Of a stretch of 64,000 nt of DNA, positions 50,289 through 64,000 are shown one piece after another (positions within the stretch are counted from its first letter, which is position 1; every line of letters starts with the position of its first letter). Under the pieces are notes generated by a model, which was given only the letters and a program-made list of their open reading frames with translations, did no database searches and was not told where the DNA came from. Made by a program: the position numbers and the translations under genes. The stretch is taken from positions 1,255,879 to 1,319,878 of the forward strand of contig NW_003314313.1 of assembly GCF_000143415.4 (NCBI RefSeq), given 5' to 3'. The stretch is from Selaginella moellendorffii. Its lineage: Eukaryota; Plantae; Lycopodiophyta.

Positions 50289-53200
50289 TGTGAGACACAA
50301 AATCCCTAGGCCCCAAAGTGGAGCCGGAAGGGCGCCACATGGTAGTGGCCGAAGCGAGAGCCAAACGAGCGTAACATGTTTGGACCAAAAGCTTCGACTT
50401 GAAAAGTCAAGAGCGGGAGTGGAACTCCCAACGAAGTGCTCGAGGAACGAGCACGAAGCGAGCAAAAGGCGAGGCTCCAAAAAGGGACCCAAAAGGACCA
50501 ACACATGACGCGTGGGAGAGTCCGAGATGGACCTGAGATGGAGTCCGAGATGGAGTTCAAAGTGGAGTCCGAGGTGGACCCGAGATGGACCCGAGTTGGA
50601 GTCCGAAGTGGAGTCCGAGATGGAGTCCGAGGTGGACCCGAGATGGACCCGAGTTGGAGTCCGAAGTGGAGTCCGAGATGGACCCGAGATGGAGTCCGAG
50701 ATGGAGTCCGAGATGGAGTCCGAGGTGGACCCGAGATGGACCCGAACTGGAGTCCGAGATGGAGTCCGAGGTGGACCCGAGATGGACCTGAAATGGAGTC
50801 CGAGATGGAGTCCGAGATGGACCCGAGATGGAGTCCGAGATGGAGTCCGAGATGGACCCGAGATGGAATCCGAGATGGAGTCCGAGATGGAGTCCGAAGT
50901 CGAGACCGAGACCGAGACCGAGACCGAGACTGAGATTGGGACCGAGACCGAGACCGAGGCCTAGGCCGAGACCGAGCCCGAGCCCGAGTCCGAGTCCGAG
51001 TCCGAGTCCGAGTCCAAGTCCGAGTCCGAGTCCGAGTCCGAGTCCGAGTCCAAGTCCGAGTCCGAGTCCGAGTCCGGAGCCTGAGAGGGTGAAAGCCCAA
51101 AGCGTTCGTCTCCCAGACCCTGGGGGGTTTGGTGAGCTCCAAAAGTATAGAAAGGGGGAGGACTGCAGTGGAGCCAGTTTGGCCAGGAAAGGCCAGTTTG
51201 GCCCAGGAAGGCCAGACCCAGTGTTGGGTGATGAGCTGACCACTGGGAAGTCCAAGACTAGAGTGAACACAGACCGACAAGCGGGGTAGCTTGGTGAAGT
51301 GTTCAAGAGCCGGCTCTAGTTCCCCCGGGAGATCGACTGGCCGATGCTCCCAGTCCAAGTGTGGGTGGCACTACCTACTTGGATACCTGGTGTGGCTCAA
51401 CAGAACCTCGCTCTAAGCCCATGGCTAGAGCACCTAAAGGCGAAAGGCGGGGAGAGTACCCAGGTGGCTCGCGTAAGGCCACGGTGTTCCGAAATGTTGT
51501 CCCAAAGGCCTAGACTGTGGAAAGGAAGAGGAGCAGTCCTCTGGGGTAGTGACCAAGGACACAGTCGTGTGGTGAGGAAGTCCCAGAGGACCATGGGACT
51601 TAGTGATCGGGCCTGTGGGCCTCGATCCAGTGGGCCTCGATCCAGTGGCAGTGTTGGTAAACACGGCCAGGGGCAGAAAGGGACTTGGTAGGAACTGACA
51701 AAGGGACTTTGGGGAAGGCGATTCCCCAGGTCTGTGGGCATCCTAAGGATGCTAAGGAGTGGATCTAGGATGACCACTCGTGAACAGATAGCCCAGTCTT
51801 GGAGAGACGGGATGGTGATGCAAGTGGTTTCGGACCACTAGTGCAGAAAAGGTGAATGGGCATGGCCTTAGCGTAACGGGCCGAGATGTCAGTGGTACCT
51901 TTGGGTGTCGGTCTTCGGACCGGACACGTGGAGCACTTGGACCAGGTGCAAGTGTTGAGTGACATGCATGCTCTTCACGCTGTTACGAGCGCCCGAGTTC
52001 TGCATGAGTGACTACGGCTCTCTGATTTCCAGGCTACAGCACAGGACCAGTTTTAAGCTAGGCTTTAATTGCTTGTCCCACGAGCATCTCATGCGGTTAG
52101 ATATAATATATATTTNNNNNNNNNNNNNNNNNNNNNNNNNNNNNNNNNNNNNNNNNNNNNNNNNNNNNNNNNNNNNNNNNNNNNNNNNNNNNNNNNNNNN
52201 NNNNNNNNNNNNNNNNNNNNNNNNNNNNNNNNNNNNNNNNNNNNNNNNNNNNNNNNNNNNNNNNNNNNNNNNNNNNNNNNNNNNNNNNNNNNNNNNNNNN
52301 NNNNNNNNNNNNNNNNNNNNNNNNNNNNNNNNNNNNNNNNNNNNNNNNNNNNNNNNNNNNNNNNNNNNNNNNNNNNNNNNNNNNNNNNNNNNNNNNNNNN
52401 NNNNNNNNNNNNNNNNNNNNNNNNNNNNNNNNNNNNNNNNNNNNNNNNNNNNNNCTTTGTCAGTTCCTACCAAGTCCCTTTCTGCCCCTGGCCATGTTTG
52501 CCAACACTGCCACTAGATCGAGGCCCACAGGCCCGACCACTATGTCCCACGGTCCTCTGGGACTTCCTCACCACACGACTGTATCCTTGGTCACTACCCC
52601 AGAGGACTGCTCCTCTTCCTTTCCACAGTCTAGGCCTTTGGGACAACATTTCGGAACACCGTGGCCTTACGCGAGCCACCTGGGTACTCTCCCCGCCTTT
52701 CGCCTTTAGGTGCTCTAGCCATGGGCTTAGAGCGAGGTTCCGTTGAGCCACGCCTGGTATCCAAGTAGGTAGTGCCACCCACACTTGGACTGGGAGCATC
52801 GGCCAGTCGATCTCCCGGGGGAACTAGAGCCGGCTCTTGAACACTTCACCAAGCTACCCCGCTTGTCGGTCCGTATTCACTCTAGTCTTGGACTTCCCAG
52901 TGGTCAGCTCATCACCCAACACTGGGTCTGGCCTTCCTGGGCCAAACTGGCCTTTCCTGGCCAAACTGGCTCCACTGCAGTCCTCCCCCTTACTATACTT
53001 TTGGAGCTCACCAAACCCCCCAGGGTCTGGGAGACGAACGCTTTGGGCTTTCACCCTCTCAGGCTCCGGACTCGGACTCGGACTCGGACTCGGACTCGGA
53101 CTCGGATTCGGACTCGGACTCGGACTCGGGCTCGGGCTCGGTCTCGGCCTCGGCCTCGGTCTCGGTCTCGGTCCCGATCTCGGTCTCGGTCTCGGTCCCG

Positions 53201-56200
53201 GTCTCGGTCCCGGTCTCGGTCTCGACTTCGGACTCCATCTCGGACTCCATCTTGGACTCCATCTCGGGTCCATCTCGGGTCCATCTCGGACTCCATCTCA
53301 GACTCCATCTCGGGTCCATCTCGGACTCCATCTCGGACTGCATTTCGGGTCCATCTCGGACTCCACCTCGGACTCCATCTCGGACTCCATCTCGGGTCCA
53401 TCTTGGACTCCATCTCAGACTCCATCTCGGGTCCATCTCGGACTCCATCTCGGACTGCATTTCGGGTCCATCTCGGACTCCACCTCGGACTCCATCTCGG
53501 ACTCCATCTCGGGTCCATCTCGGACTCCACTTCGGACTCCAACTCGGGTCCACCTCGGACTCCATCTCGGACTCCATCTCGGACTCCATCTCGGGTCCAT
53601 CTCGGACTCCACTTCGGACTCCAACTTGGGTCCATCTCGGGTCCACCTCAGACTCCATCTCGGACTCCATCTCGGACTCCATCTCGGACTCCATCTCGGA
53701 CTCCACTTCGGACTCCAACTCGGGTCCATCTCGGGTCCACCTCGGACTCCATCTCGGACTCCATCTCGGACTCCATCTCGGGTCCATCTCGGACTCCACT
53801 TCGGACTCCAACTCGGGTCCATCTCGGGTCCACCTCGGACTCCACTTCGGACTCCAACTCGGGTCCATCTCGGGTCCACCTCAGACTCCATCTCGGACTC
53901 CACTTCGGACTCCAACTCGGGTCCATCTCAGGTCCACCTCGGACTCCATCTCGGACTCCACTTCAGACTCCAACTCGGGTCCATCTCGGGTCCACCTCGG
54001 ACTCCACTTCGGACTCCATCTCGGACACTCCCACGTGTCATGTGTTGGTCCTTTTGGGTCCCTTTTTGGAGCCTCGCCTTTTGCTCGCTTCGTGCTCGTT
54101 CCTCGAGCACTTCGTTGGGAGTTCCACTCCCGCTCTTGACTTCTCAAGTCGGAGCTTTTGGTCCAAACGTGTTACGCTCGTTTGGCTCTCGCTTCGGCCA
54201 CTACCATGTGGCGCCCTTCTGGCTCCACTTTGGGGCCTAGGGATTTTGTGTCTCACAACTCCACCACCCATAGACGAAGTTCGATGTCCTCATCGAACGG
54301 TAAACCGTTTCATAAAGTAACACCCACACGGGTTACCATTTCCATCCTTGGCACCTAGCCAATCTTTGTCTATGGTTTGACATCAAAGGCTCACCATGCC
54401 TTGTCCATCCTCTAAGGAGGATAGTCTCTCCAACTTAGAAACTAATTGGACCACTTGTGGTGGTTCTTTCCGTTTATTGGTTTAGTTCTCGCTAAACCCG
54501 TTCAAGACACCCTCTCTAACTCAATTCCACTACTCATTCTTGAGTAGTCACAGATTCCATTGATCTACCTTTGCACTTTGGAACGTTACTTTTGACTTCT
54601 TGAGGTCAATTTCCTAGGTGTCTCTAACACCTTGCCTTGCACATTTTGTGCAACTCCACTTCCCTATCCTAGGAAGTTCATTACTTGAGGGCACCATCAT
54701 CCTCTCTTCTATTTCGTGCCACCTTGGGCACTAAGTTCCATTTATCACACTTTGTGCTAGGGTTGTCCATCGCCCTATCATTTGGCTATCTTACCACTCC
54801 CTCCCTTGGAGCTTCCACTTTCGCCAAATCAGAGCAATTCGGAATCCCTCCTTGGAAACACACTTCCTTTCCCGCAACTTGTTAGCGTCCAACACATTAG
54901 TGTTCCTCGCCTAACTTTGTCACTTGGATTCCTCCCAAGGGATTCCACGGCCCTATCTTGGCCACTCATCTTTTGCTCCTATCCGTTGATTGTTGCACCA
55001 AGCAACATCAAATCTCTACCTCCCTCCTTGAGGTATTGTTTCAGTTCCATAGCAAAGACTCTTCTTTGCCAAGTCCGGAGGATGTTCACCCCTAGTACGT
55101 CTCTTTAGAATCTTCTGCTATGGGCTCTATCCACGGCCCAACTTCGTGACCCTCCCATGGGTCTTTTATGGAGACTACTTTCCTCGGACTCACTATGCCA
55201 TCTCACGGACATAGTTTATTTCCCTTAGGTGCTCTTCCCACTTGGTCATCACGACCAAGCCACACCACCTTAAATAGTTCAATTTCAACATTTTGAACTA
55301 GGAACTTCATTCCTTAGCCAACCAAGGACCTTGTCCTTATCTGGCCATAAGATCACCTAGTGATCTCACCTTGGCACCTTAACAGAGTTGCCAAGAGGTA
55401 TTTGGTCTTCTAGACCTCCAAGTTGTTGACTATAACCCCGGGGGCATCCCCCACACTTGGCGATGCACCCAAGCTAGCCCTTACGGCCAAGGGTTCATAG
55501 CAACTGAGATTAGGTGTCCCCATCTCACTCACCACGACCTTGGTGCCATTTGCACCAAAGCGTTCAAGTTAGATATGCTAAGCTTTCACACTAAGCAATC
55601 TAACCGTGCATCACGACTCCGAGGCATCCCTCGCTTGGCGGTGTACCCAAACCAGTCTCCCCACTGAGAGTCCATGACCACCGAAATATGAGTGTCCTCA
55701 TATTCCAAACCATCACCACGCCCTAGTGATTTGGGACTCGAACCCAAGCACTAGAGGGTCGGGACTCGAACCCAACCTCCGTATATGCATCTACGGACGG
55801 CATCACACTAGATGCCTGGCGTGACTCCCCACGCCGGTGCACCAACCTATTTTTAAAGCGCGCTACAGATCACAGCTTAGGAACCTAGTTCCTCCACACT
55901 GCCAAGTCCTCTCACTTGACATGTCTGTGATCATGCATAGACTCCTCCATGCTCGGCCCCATGGCCCACCCTTTTTGAAGTTATCACCTTCAACTAGGGT
56001 ATTTGTTCCCCCGACGTGCCAATCTCGCTTGGCAAGTCCTCCGACCATTGTAACATGGTTCCTGCATAAGCGTGAAAGTCCTTGACCATCGACTCTCGTT
56101 CAAAGCCCTCTCTTTGAACACTCGGGAACTACTTCCCTAACCTTGATAACCGTGCCTCATGGCAAGCTTCAAGACCACGCTTCTGCTGCGCCACTCTGAT

Positions 56201-59200
56201 TTCGCGCGTTCCATGAACCATTTACACTTGGCCCTTTTAGGTACTACGCTACCTAGAATCGTCTTTGGGAACCTTGAAGGAACTCTGTCCCTCAGCTTGC
56301 TAAGGCCTCCCCTTTCGCAAGCTTTATAGTTGCCATATAGTCTAACATGGACAATTCCATATTTTAGACTCTCCATGGCATCACGGTTGCTAGCAACAAC
56401 ATCCTCGAGCACCCTTTTGATTCTCCACTCCCAACTTTCATAACCACTGTTGGATATGCCCTTTGATTTCTATGGTTCAGTTCCATCCCAACACTACTTG
56501 CCTTTGGCTTCACACCTTTCCTTCGGTCATTCTCCTCCAGACCAGGAGGATAGCTTTGCACTTTCTATCATGCCTTAGCAAGTATTCTTAGGGATGAACC
56601 TACCCAATAGCCCAGGGAGTGGTTCCTCAATCCGGGTATGCTCAGCTTATAATCCCACACACTGGGGTTACATTGTTGCTCTGGGCCTTTACATGCCCAT
56701 CACTAGCCTTGCCAAAATTCCATTTTTGGCTTTGTCCAACTTGGGTAGACAGTCCTCTTCTATCTCCGCAACCTTGGACATTTGGATAGCACCTTCTATC
56801 CATCATTCGCTAGGGACTTAGTCCCTTGGGCCTTATCCATTGCCCTCGCGACATCAAACAACACCTTCTGGTATTCTAGAGTGTTCGGGTGTCCCAATGA
56901 TGGCTTTCTTGACAATGAGTATTTCCTTTTATGACATTGACTTACTATATCGCAACATAAGCAACTTATCCCCCGTAAGGGTATATCCGACTTCCCTATA
57001 CTAGAAGTCTTGGGTAGCTACCTTCTACTTATTTAACCAGTTATTTTGCACCTCTTGCTTAGTTGCCTCATAGTTGTCAAGTCCTACAACTCATTGCTTG
57101 GTGCTTTCACACCTCCATCACTATCTGGGTCACCACACTCCAACTGCATGCTCTGCAGCTTAGGCTATGCCATTCCCATTTCCATTGGGATTCCTTTGGC
57201 AAGGGGTTCTCATGAACCCACCAACATAGCCTCAAGGTATCACACCTTGGCACATTTGGTGTCTCCACACCATCGGCTCCACGAGCCTACCTCTATGACA
57301 TTTCCCTTCGTGTCTAAGTCTTTGCCAAGACCAACACCACTCTTTCTCATGCCAACCATCTGTTAGCACTGCCCCATAGAGGTCACACACAACTTTATGT
57401 CAAAGTTGTTTTCTTTTGGGAACACCTTTCCCATAACTTTAGCATGGCACATTTTGCCATTGATGAGATACTCTCTGTTCTCATCCTTGGATCCTATGAT
57501 CCCCCCCCATCCTTTGTGGGGTACAACGCACCTCAGTCCAAATGCTTCATTCAGTCCTTTTTAGGACCATCCCTTGACTCTACTTGAGTCGTCTAGCAGT
57601 TTTGGACTTGGTTAATCCACCGACCCGTAAGGTCCTACTTGTGAGGCACTAGCTCACTGGAATACACATCTTGCATTCCGGTCCTACTCAAAAGGACTAT
57701 TTTCACAAGTGTTACTCCGACACTTGATTTTGTTCTCTGGGGGCCAACTTTGCCCCTTAGGACTACTTGTCCATGTGATGAGAATACCAACTCATCCACT
57801 TAATACACCCCCAACTCCTTGGGTTGTTCCAGCATTTATTAGAGGTAGCCCCGGCTACCATTTCAAGGACTTGAGTCCTCTTCCGTATTTGACCTTCCAC
57901 GGTCATTACCTTTGGTCTCACATTCATGAGCACCAACCTCAACTATATGAGGATAATCTTGTGACTCCTTTATTGCTTTGGAATCTTTATCTTTCCCGTG
58001 ATCCCAACTGTAGTTGTTTACCCCAACTACATTAGCCAGTTGGCTAAGTGAAACGCTCATCTCGATCACATCCTCAACTCTTTGAGGAAAACCATATACT
58101 GTTCCCAAGATCCCAAAGTCGTTCCATTATTGGCCCTTTTCTATCCACCACCTCGTCTACAAGTTCACACATGAACTGTAATGGAGAGCCATGTCTTCCC
58201 GACTTGCTACTCCTCAAGGATAGGCCCACTCCTCGGACCTTCCGATGCCAACACTAGTGGTGATATACTTGAGCACCAATAAAAGTCGGACTAAGGAACA
58301 GCTCCGATACCAAGTTGTAAACGACTAATTTTTCCATTCTACTTTAGTCACTTAACCACACCTCTGACCACTTGGAGGAGTCTCATTCACAACCTCCATC
58401 AGTCCAATTCAGGACTTGGGACTTGCTAGCCCCAAGAATGGCATCCATGCCACTCAACACCTGCACCTGGTCCAAGTGCTCCACGTGTCCGGTCCCATGA
58501 CCGACACTCAAAGGTACCACCGACATAGCAGCCCGTTACGCTAAGGCCATGCCCAATCACCTTTGCCACACTGGTAGTCCAATACCACTTGCATCACAGT
58601 CTTGGCTCTCCAAGATTGGGCCATCTGTCCACGAGTGGTCATCCTAGATCCACTCCTTAGCATCCTTAGGATGCCCATAGACCGGGGGAATTGCCTTCCC
58701 CAAAGTCCCTTTGTCAGTTCCTACCAAGTCCCTTTCTGCCCCTGGCCATGTTTGCCAACACTGCCACTAGATCGAGGCCCACAGGCCCGACCACTAAGTC
58801 CCACGGTCCTCTGGGACTTCCTCACCACACGACTGTATCCTTGGTCACTACCCCAGAGGACTGCTCCTCTTCCTTTCCACAGTCTAGGCCTTTGGGACAA
58901 CATTTCGGAACACCGTGGCCTTACGCGAGCCACCTGGGTACTCTCCCCGCCTTTCGCCTTTAGGTGCTCTAGCCATGGGCTTAGAGCGAGGTTCCGTTGA
59001 GCCACGCCTGGTATCCAAGTAGGTAGTGCCACCCACACTTGGACTGGGAGCATCGGCCAGTCGATCTCCCAGGGGAACTAGAGCCGGCTCTTGAACATTT
59101 CACCAAGCTACCCCGCTTGTCGGTCTGTGTTCACTCTAGTCTTGGACTTCCCAGTGGTCAGCTCATCACCCAACACTGGGTCTGGCCTTCCTGGGCCAAA

Positions 59201-62200
59201 CTGGCCTTTCCTGGCCAAACTGGCTCCACTGCAGTCCTCCCCCCTACTATACTTTTGGAGCTCACCAAACCCCCTAGGGTCTGGGAGACGAACGCTTTGG
59301 GCTTTCACCCTCTCAGGCTCCGGACTCGGACTCGGACTCGGACTCGGACTCGGACTCGGACTCGGACTCGGATTCGGACTCGGACTCGGACTCGGGCTCG
59401 GGCTCGGTCTCGGCCTCGGCCTCGGTCTCGGTCTCGGTCCCGATCTCGGTCTCGGTCTCGGTCTCGGTCCCGGTCTCGGTCCCGGTCTCGGTCTCGACTT
59501 CGGACTCCATCTCGGACTCCATCTCGGACTCCATCTCGGGTCCATCTCGGGTCCATCTCGGACTCCATCTCAGACTCCATCTCGGGTCCATCTCGGACTC
59601 CATCTCGGACTGCATTTCGGGTCCATCTCGGACTCCACCTCGGACTCCATCTCGGACTCCATCTCGGGTCCATCTCGGACTCCACTTCGGACTCGAACTC
59701 GGGTCCATCTCAGGTCCACCTTGGACTCCATCTCGGACTCCATCTCGGACTCCATCTCGGGTCCATCTCGGACTCCACTTCGGACTCCAACTCGGGTCCA
59801 TCTCGGGTCCACCTCAGACTCCATCTCGGACTCCATCTCGGACTCCATCTCGGGTCCATCTCGGACTCCACTTCGGACTCCAACTCGGGTCCATCTCGGG
59901 TCCACCTCGGACTCCATCTCGGACTCCATCTCGGACTCCATCTCGGGTCCATCTCGGACTCCACTTCGGACTCCAACTCGGGTCCATCTCGGGTCCACCT
60001 CGGACTCCACTTCGGACTCCAACTCGGGTCCATCTCGGGTCCACCTCAGACTCCATCTCGGACTCCACTTCGGACTCCAACTCGGGTCCATCTCAGGTCC
60101 ACCTCGGACTCCACTTCGGACTCCATCTCGGACTCCACTTCGGACTCCAACTCGGGTCCATCTCGGGTCCACCTCGGACTCCACTTCGGACTCCATCTCG
60201 GACACTCCCACGTGTCATGTGTTGGTCCTTTTGGGTCCCTTTTTGGAGCCTCGCCTTTTGCTCGCTTCGTGCTCGTTCCTCGAGCACTTCGTTGGGAGTT
60301 CCACTCCCGCTCTTGACTTCTCAAGTCGGAGCTTTTGGTCCAAACGTGTTACGCTCGTTTGGCTCTCGCTTCGGCCACTACCATGTGGTGCCCTTCCGGC
60401 TCCACTTTGGGGCCTAGGGATTTTGTGTCTCACAAAAACTTAGTCCTTTAAAATTTGGTATCGGAGCTGTTCCTTAGTCCGACTTTTATTGGTGCTCAAG
60501 TATATCACCACTGGTGTTGGCAACGGAAGGTCCGAGAAGTGGGCCTATCCTTGAGGAGTAGCAGGTTGGGAAGACATGGCTCTCCATTACAGTTCATGTG
60601 TGAACTTGTAGACAAGGTGGTGGATAGAAAAGGGGCCAATAATGGAACGACTTTGGGATCTTGGGAACAGTGCAAGGTTTTCCTCATTGAGTTGAGGAGG
60701 TGATCCAGATGAGTGTTTGACTCAGCAAACGGGCTAATATAGTTGGGGTAAACAACTATAGTTGGGATCACGGGGAAGATAGAGACTCCAAAAAACAATA
60801 AAGGAGTCACAAGTTTATCCTCATATGGTTGAGGCTGGTGCTCATGAAGGTGAGACCGGAATGGATGACCGTGAGAGGTCAAGTATGGATGAGGACACGA
60901 GTCCTCGAAATGGTAGCCGGGGCTACCTCTAATAAATGCTGGAACAACCCAAGGAGTTGGGGGTGTATTAAGTGGATGAGTTGGTATTCTCATCACATGG
61001 ACAAGTAGTCCTAAGGGGCAAAGGTTGCCCCTAGAGAACAAAATCAAGTGTCGGAGTAACACTTATGAAAATAGTCCTTTTGAGTAGGACAGGAATGCAA
61101 GGAGTGTATTCCAGTGAGCTAGTGCCTCACAAGTAGGACCTTACGGGTCTGTGGATTAACCAAGTCCAAAACTGCTGGATGACTCAAGTAGAGTCAAGGG
61201 ATGGTCCTAAAAGGACTGATGGAAGCATTTGGACTGAGGTGTGTGGTACACCACAAAGGATGGGGGGGGATCATAGAATCCAAGGATGAGAACAGAGGGT
61301 ATCTCATCGATGGCAAAATGTGCCATGCTAAAGTTATGGGAAAGGTGTTCCCAAAAGAAAACAACTTTGACATAAAGTTGTGTGTGACCTCTATGGGGCA
61401 GTGCTAACAGATGGTTGGCATGAGAAAGAGCGGTGTTGGTCTTGGCAAAGACTTAGACACGAAAGGGAAATGTCATAAAGGTAGGCTCGTGGAGCCGATG
61501 GTGTGGAGACACTAAATGTGCCAAGGTGTGATACCTTGAGGCTATGTTGGTGGGTTCATGAGAACCCCTTGCCAAAGGAATCCCAATGGAAATGGGAATG
61601 GCATAGCCTAAGCTGCAGAGCATGCAGTTGGAGTGTGGTGACCCAGATAATGATGGAGGTGTGAAAGCACCAAGCAATGAGTTGTAGGACTTGACAACTA
61701 TGAGGCAACTAAGCAAGAGGTGCAAAATAACTGGCTAAACGGGTAGAAGGTAGCTACCCAAGACTTCTTAATAGCATAAGGAATTTGGATATACCCTTAC
61801 GGGGGATAAGTTGCTTGTGTTGCGATATAGTAAGTCAATGTCATAAAAGGAAATACTCATTGTCAAGAAAGCCATCATTGGGACACCCGGACACTCTAGA
61901 ACACCAGAAGGTGGTGTTTGATGTCGCGAGGGCAATGGATAAAGCCCAAGGGACTAAGTCCTTAGTGAATGATGAATAGAAGGTGCTATCCAAATGTCCA
62001 AAGTTGCGGAGACAGGAAAGGACTGTCTACCCGAGTTGGACAAAGCCAAAAATGGAATTTTGGCAAGGCTAGTGATGGGCATGTAAAGGCCCATAAGCAA
62101 CAATGTAATCCCAGTGTGTGGGATTATAAGGTGAGCATACCCAGATTGAGGAACCACTCCCTAGGCTATTGGGTATGTTCATCCCTAAGAATACTTGCTA

Positions 62201-64000
62201 AAGCAAGATAGAAAGTGCAAAGCTATCCTCCTGGTCTGGAGGAGAATGACCAAAGGAAAGGTGTGAAGCCAAAAAGCAAGAAGTAAGGGGATAGAACCGA
62301 ACCATAGGAATCAAAGGGCATAACTAAGGTTGGTTATGCCAGCTGGGAGTGGAGAATCAAGTGGGGGCTCGAGGGTGTTGCCGCTAGCAACCGTGATGCC
62401 ATGGAGAGTCTAAAATATGGAATTGTCCATGTTAGACTATGTGGCATTTTGAAGGCTTGCAAAAAGGGAGGCCTTAGCAAGCTGAGGGACAGAGTTCCTT
62501 CAAGGTTCCCAAAGACGATTCTAGGTAGCTTAGTACCTAGAAAGGCCAAGTGTAAATGGTTCATGGAACGCGCAAAATCAGAGTGGCGCAGCAGAAGCGT
62601 GGTCTTGAAGCTTGCCATGAGGCAAGGCTATCAAGGTTAGGGAAGTAGTTCCCGAGTGTTCAAAGAGAGGGCTTTGAACGAGAGTCGATGGTCAAGGACT
62701 TTCACGCTTATGCAAGAACCATGTTACAGTGGTCGGAAAACTTGCCAAGCGAGATTGGCACGTCGGGGGAACAAATACCCTAGTTGAAGGTGATAACTTC
62801 AAAAAGGGTGGGCCATGGGGCCGAGCATGGAGGATTCCATGCATGATCACAGACATGTCAAGTGAGAGGACTTGGCAGTGTGGAGGAACTAGGTTCCTAA
62901 CCTGTGATCTGTAGCGCGCTTTAAAAATAGGTTGGTGCACCGGCATGGGGAGTCACGCCAGGCATCTAGTGTGATGCCGTCCGTAGATGCATATACGGAG
63001 GTTGGGTTCGAGTCCCGACCCTCTAGTGCTTGGGTTCGAGTCCCAAATCACTAGGGCGTGGTGATGGTTTGGAATATGAGGACACTCATATTTCGGTGGT
63101 CATGGACTCTCAGTGGGGAGACTGGTTTGGGCACACTGCCAAGCGAGGGATGCCTCGGAGTCGTGATGCACGGTTAGATTGCTTAGTGTGAAAGCTCAGC
63201 ATATCTAACTTGATCACTTTGGTGCAAGTGGCACCAAGGTTGTGGTGAGTGAGATGGGGACACCTAATCTCAGTTGCTATGAACCCTTGGCCGTAAGGGC
63301 TAGCTTGGGTGCACCGCCAAGTGTGGGGGATGCCCCCGGGGTTATAGTCAACAACTTGGAGGTCTAGAAGACCAAGTACCTCTTGGCAACTCTATTAAGG
63401 TGCCAAGGTGAGATCACTAGGTGATCTTATGGCCAGATAAGGACAAGGTCCTTGGTTGGCTAAGGAATGAAGTTCCTGGTTCAAAATGTTGAAATTGAAC
63501 TGTTTAAGATGGTGTGGCTTGGTCGTGATGACCAAGTGGGAAGAGCACCTAAGGGAAATAAACTATGTCCGTCCGATGGCATAGTGAGTCCGAGGAAAGT
63601 AGTCTCTATAAAAGACCCATGGGAGGGTCACGAAGTTGGGCCATGGATAGAGCCCATAGCAGAAGATGCTAAAGAGACGTACTAGGGGTGACCATCCTCC
63701 GGACTTGGCAAAGAATAGTCTTTGCTATGGAACCGAAACAATACCTCAAGGAGGGAGGTAGAGATTCGATGTTGCTTGGTGCAACAATCAACGGATAGGA
63801 GCAAAAGATGAGTGGCCAAGATAGGGCCGTGGAATCCCTTGGAAGGAATCCAAGTGACAAAGTTAGGCGAGGAACACTAATGTGTTGGACGCTAACAAGT
63901 TGCGGGAAAGGAAGTGTGTTTCCAAGGAGGGATTCCGAAATGCTCCGAGTTGGCGAAAGTGGAAGCTCCAAGGGAGGGAGCGGTAAGGTAGCCAAATGAT
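50289..64000 (+). mobile_element. Family A element A4: 5' LTR from 50289, interrupted by the gap and A5, LTR tail 60435-60452, PBS 60456-60467, interior to window end
   Basis: The LTR starts abruptly inside the A3 interior. Continuity across the N gap (52116-52454) is inferred, not seen. Confidence 0.7.
52455..60434 (-). mobile_element. Family A element A5 (inverted)
   Basis: 3' LTR from the gap to 54257; PPT 54258-54271; PBS 58301-58312; 5' LTR 58316-60434. Confidence 0.92.

Noticed and set aside
51969-52115. Novel insertion within the A4 LTR
   Set aside because: Adjacent to a gap; probably a low-quality read end.

Overview
This is a eukaryotic, plant-type heterochromatic window, not a prokaryotic one. 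It has TTTAGGG repeats, very short 46-66 nt introns and a PPR relic; a Selaginella-like lycophyte origin is my inference only. Most of it is nested transposons. (1) A tandemly repeated ~7-kb unit carries a Sola1/DUF7869-like DDE transposase gene and many copies of a 22-bp palindrome; the gene is split by an 8-kb LTR insertion. (2) Coding chromovirus-type Ty3/Gypsy family B: B1 at 18765-25212 is inserted into B2, followed by an LTR remnant. (3) Non-coding LARD-like family A occurs in about five nested copies with minisatellite-filled LTRs. (4) A <1-kb TRIM, family C, is present with a solo LTR. (5) There is one intact Crinkler-like REase-kinase gene, a PPR fragment and two assembly gaps. The main finding: family B integrase is interrupted by two short GT-AG introns retained in both copies, so only spliced RNA can encode active integrase. 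A third candidate intron spans the LTR end and PBS, which would prevent spliced mRNA from being reverse-transcribed. This would be a splicing-based split between genomic RNA and mRNA. Several deletion scars are filled with telomeric repeats. Most short ORFs in the supplied track are repeat artefacts.
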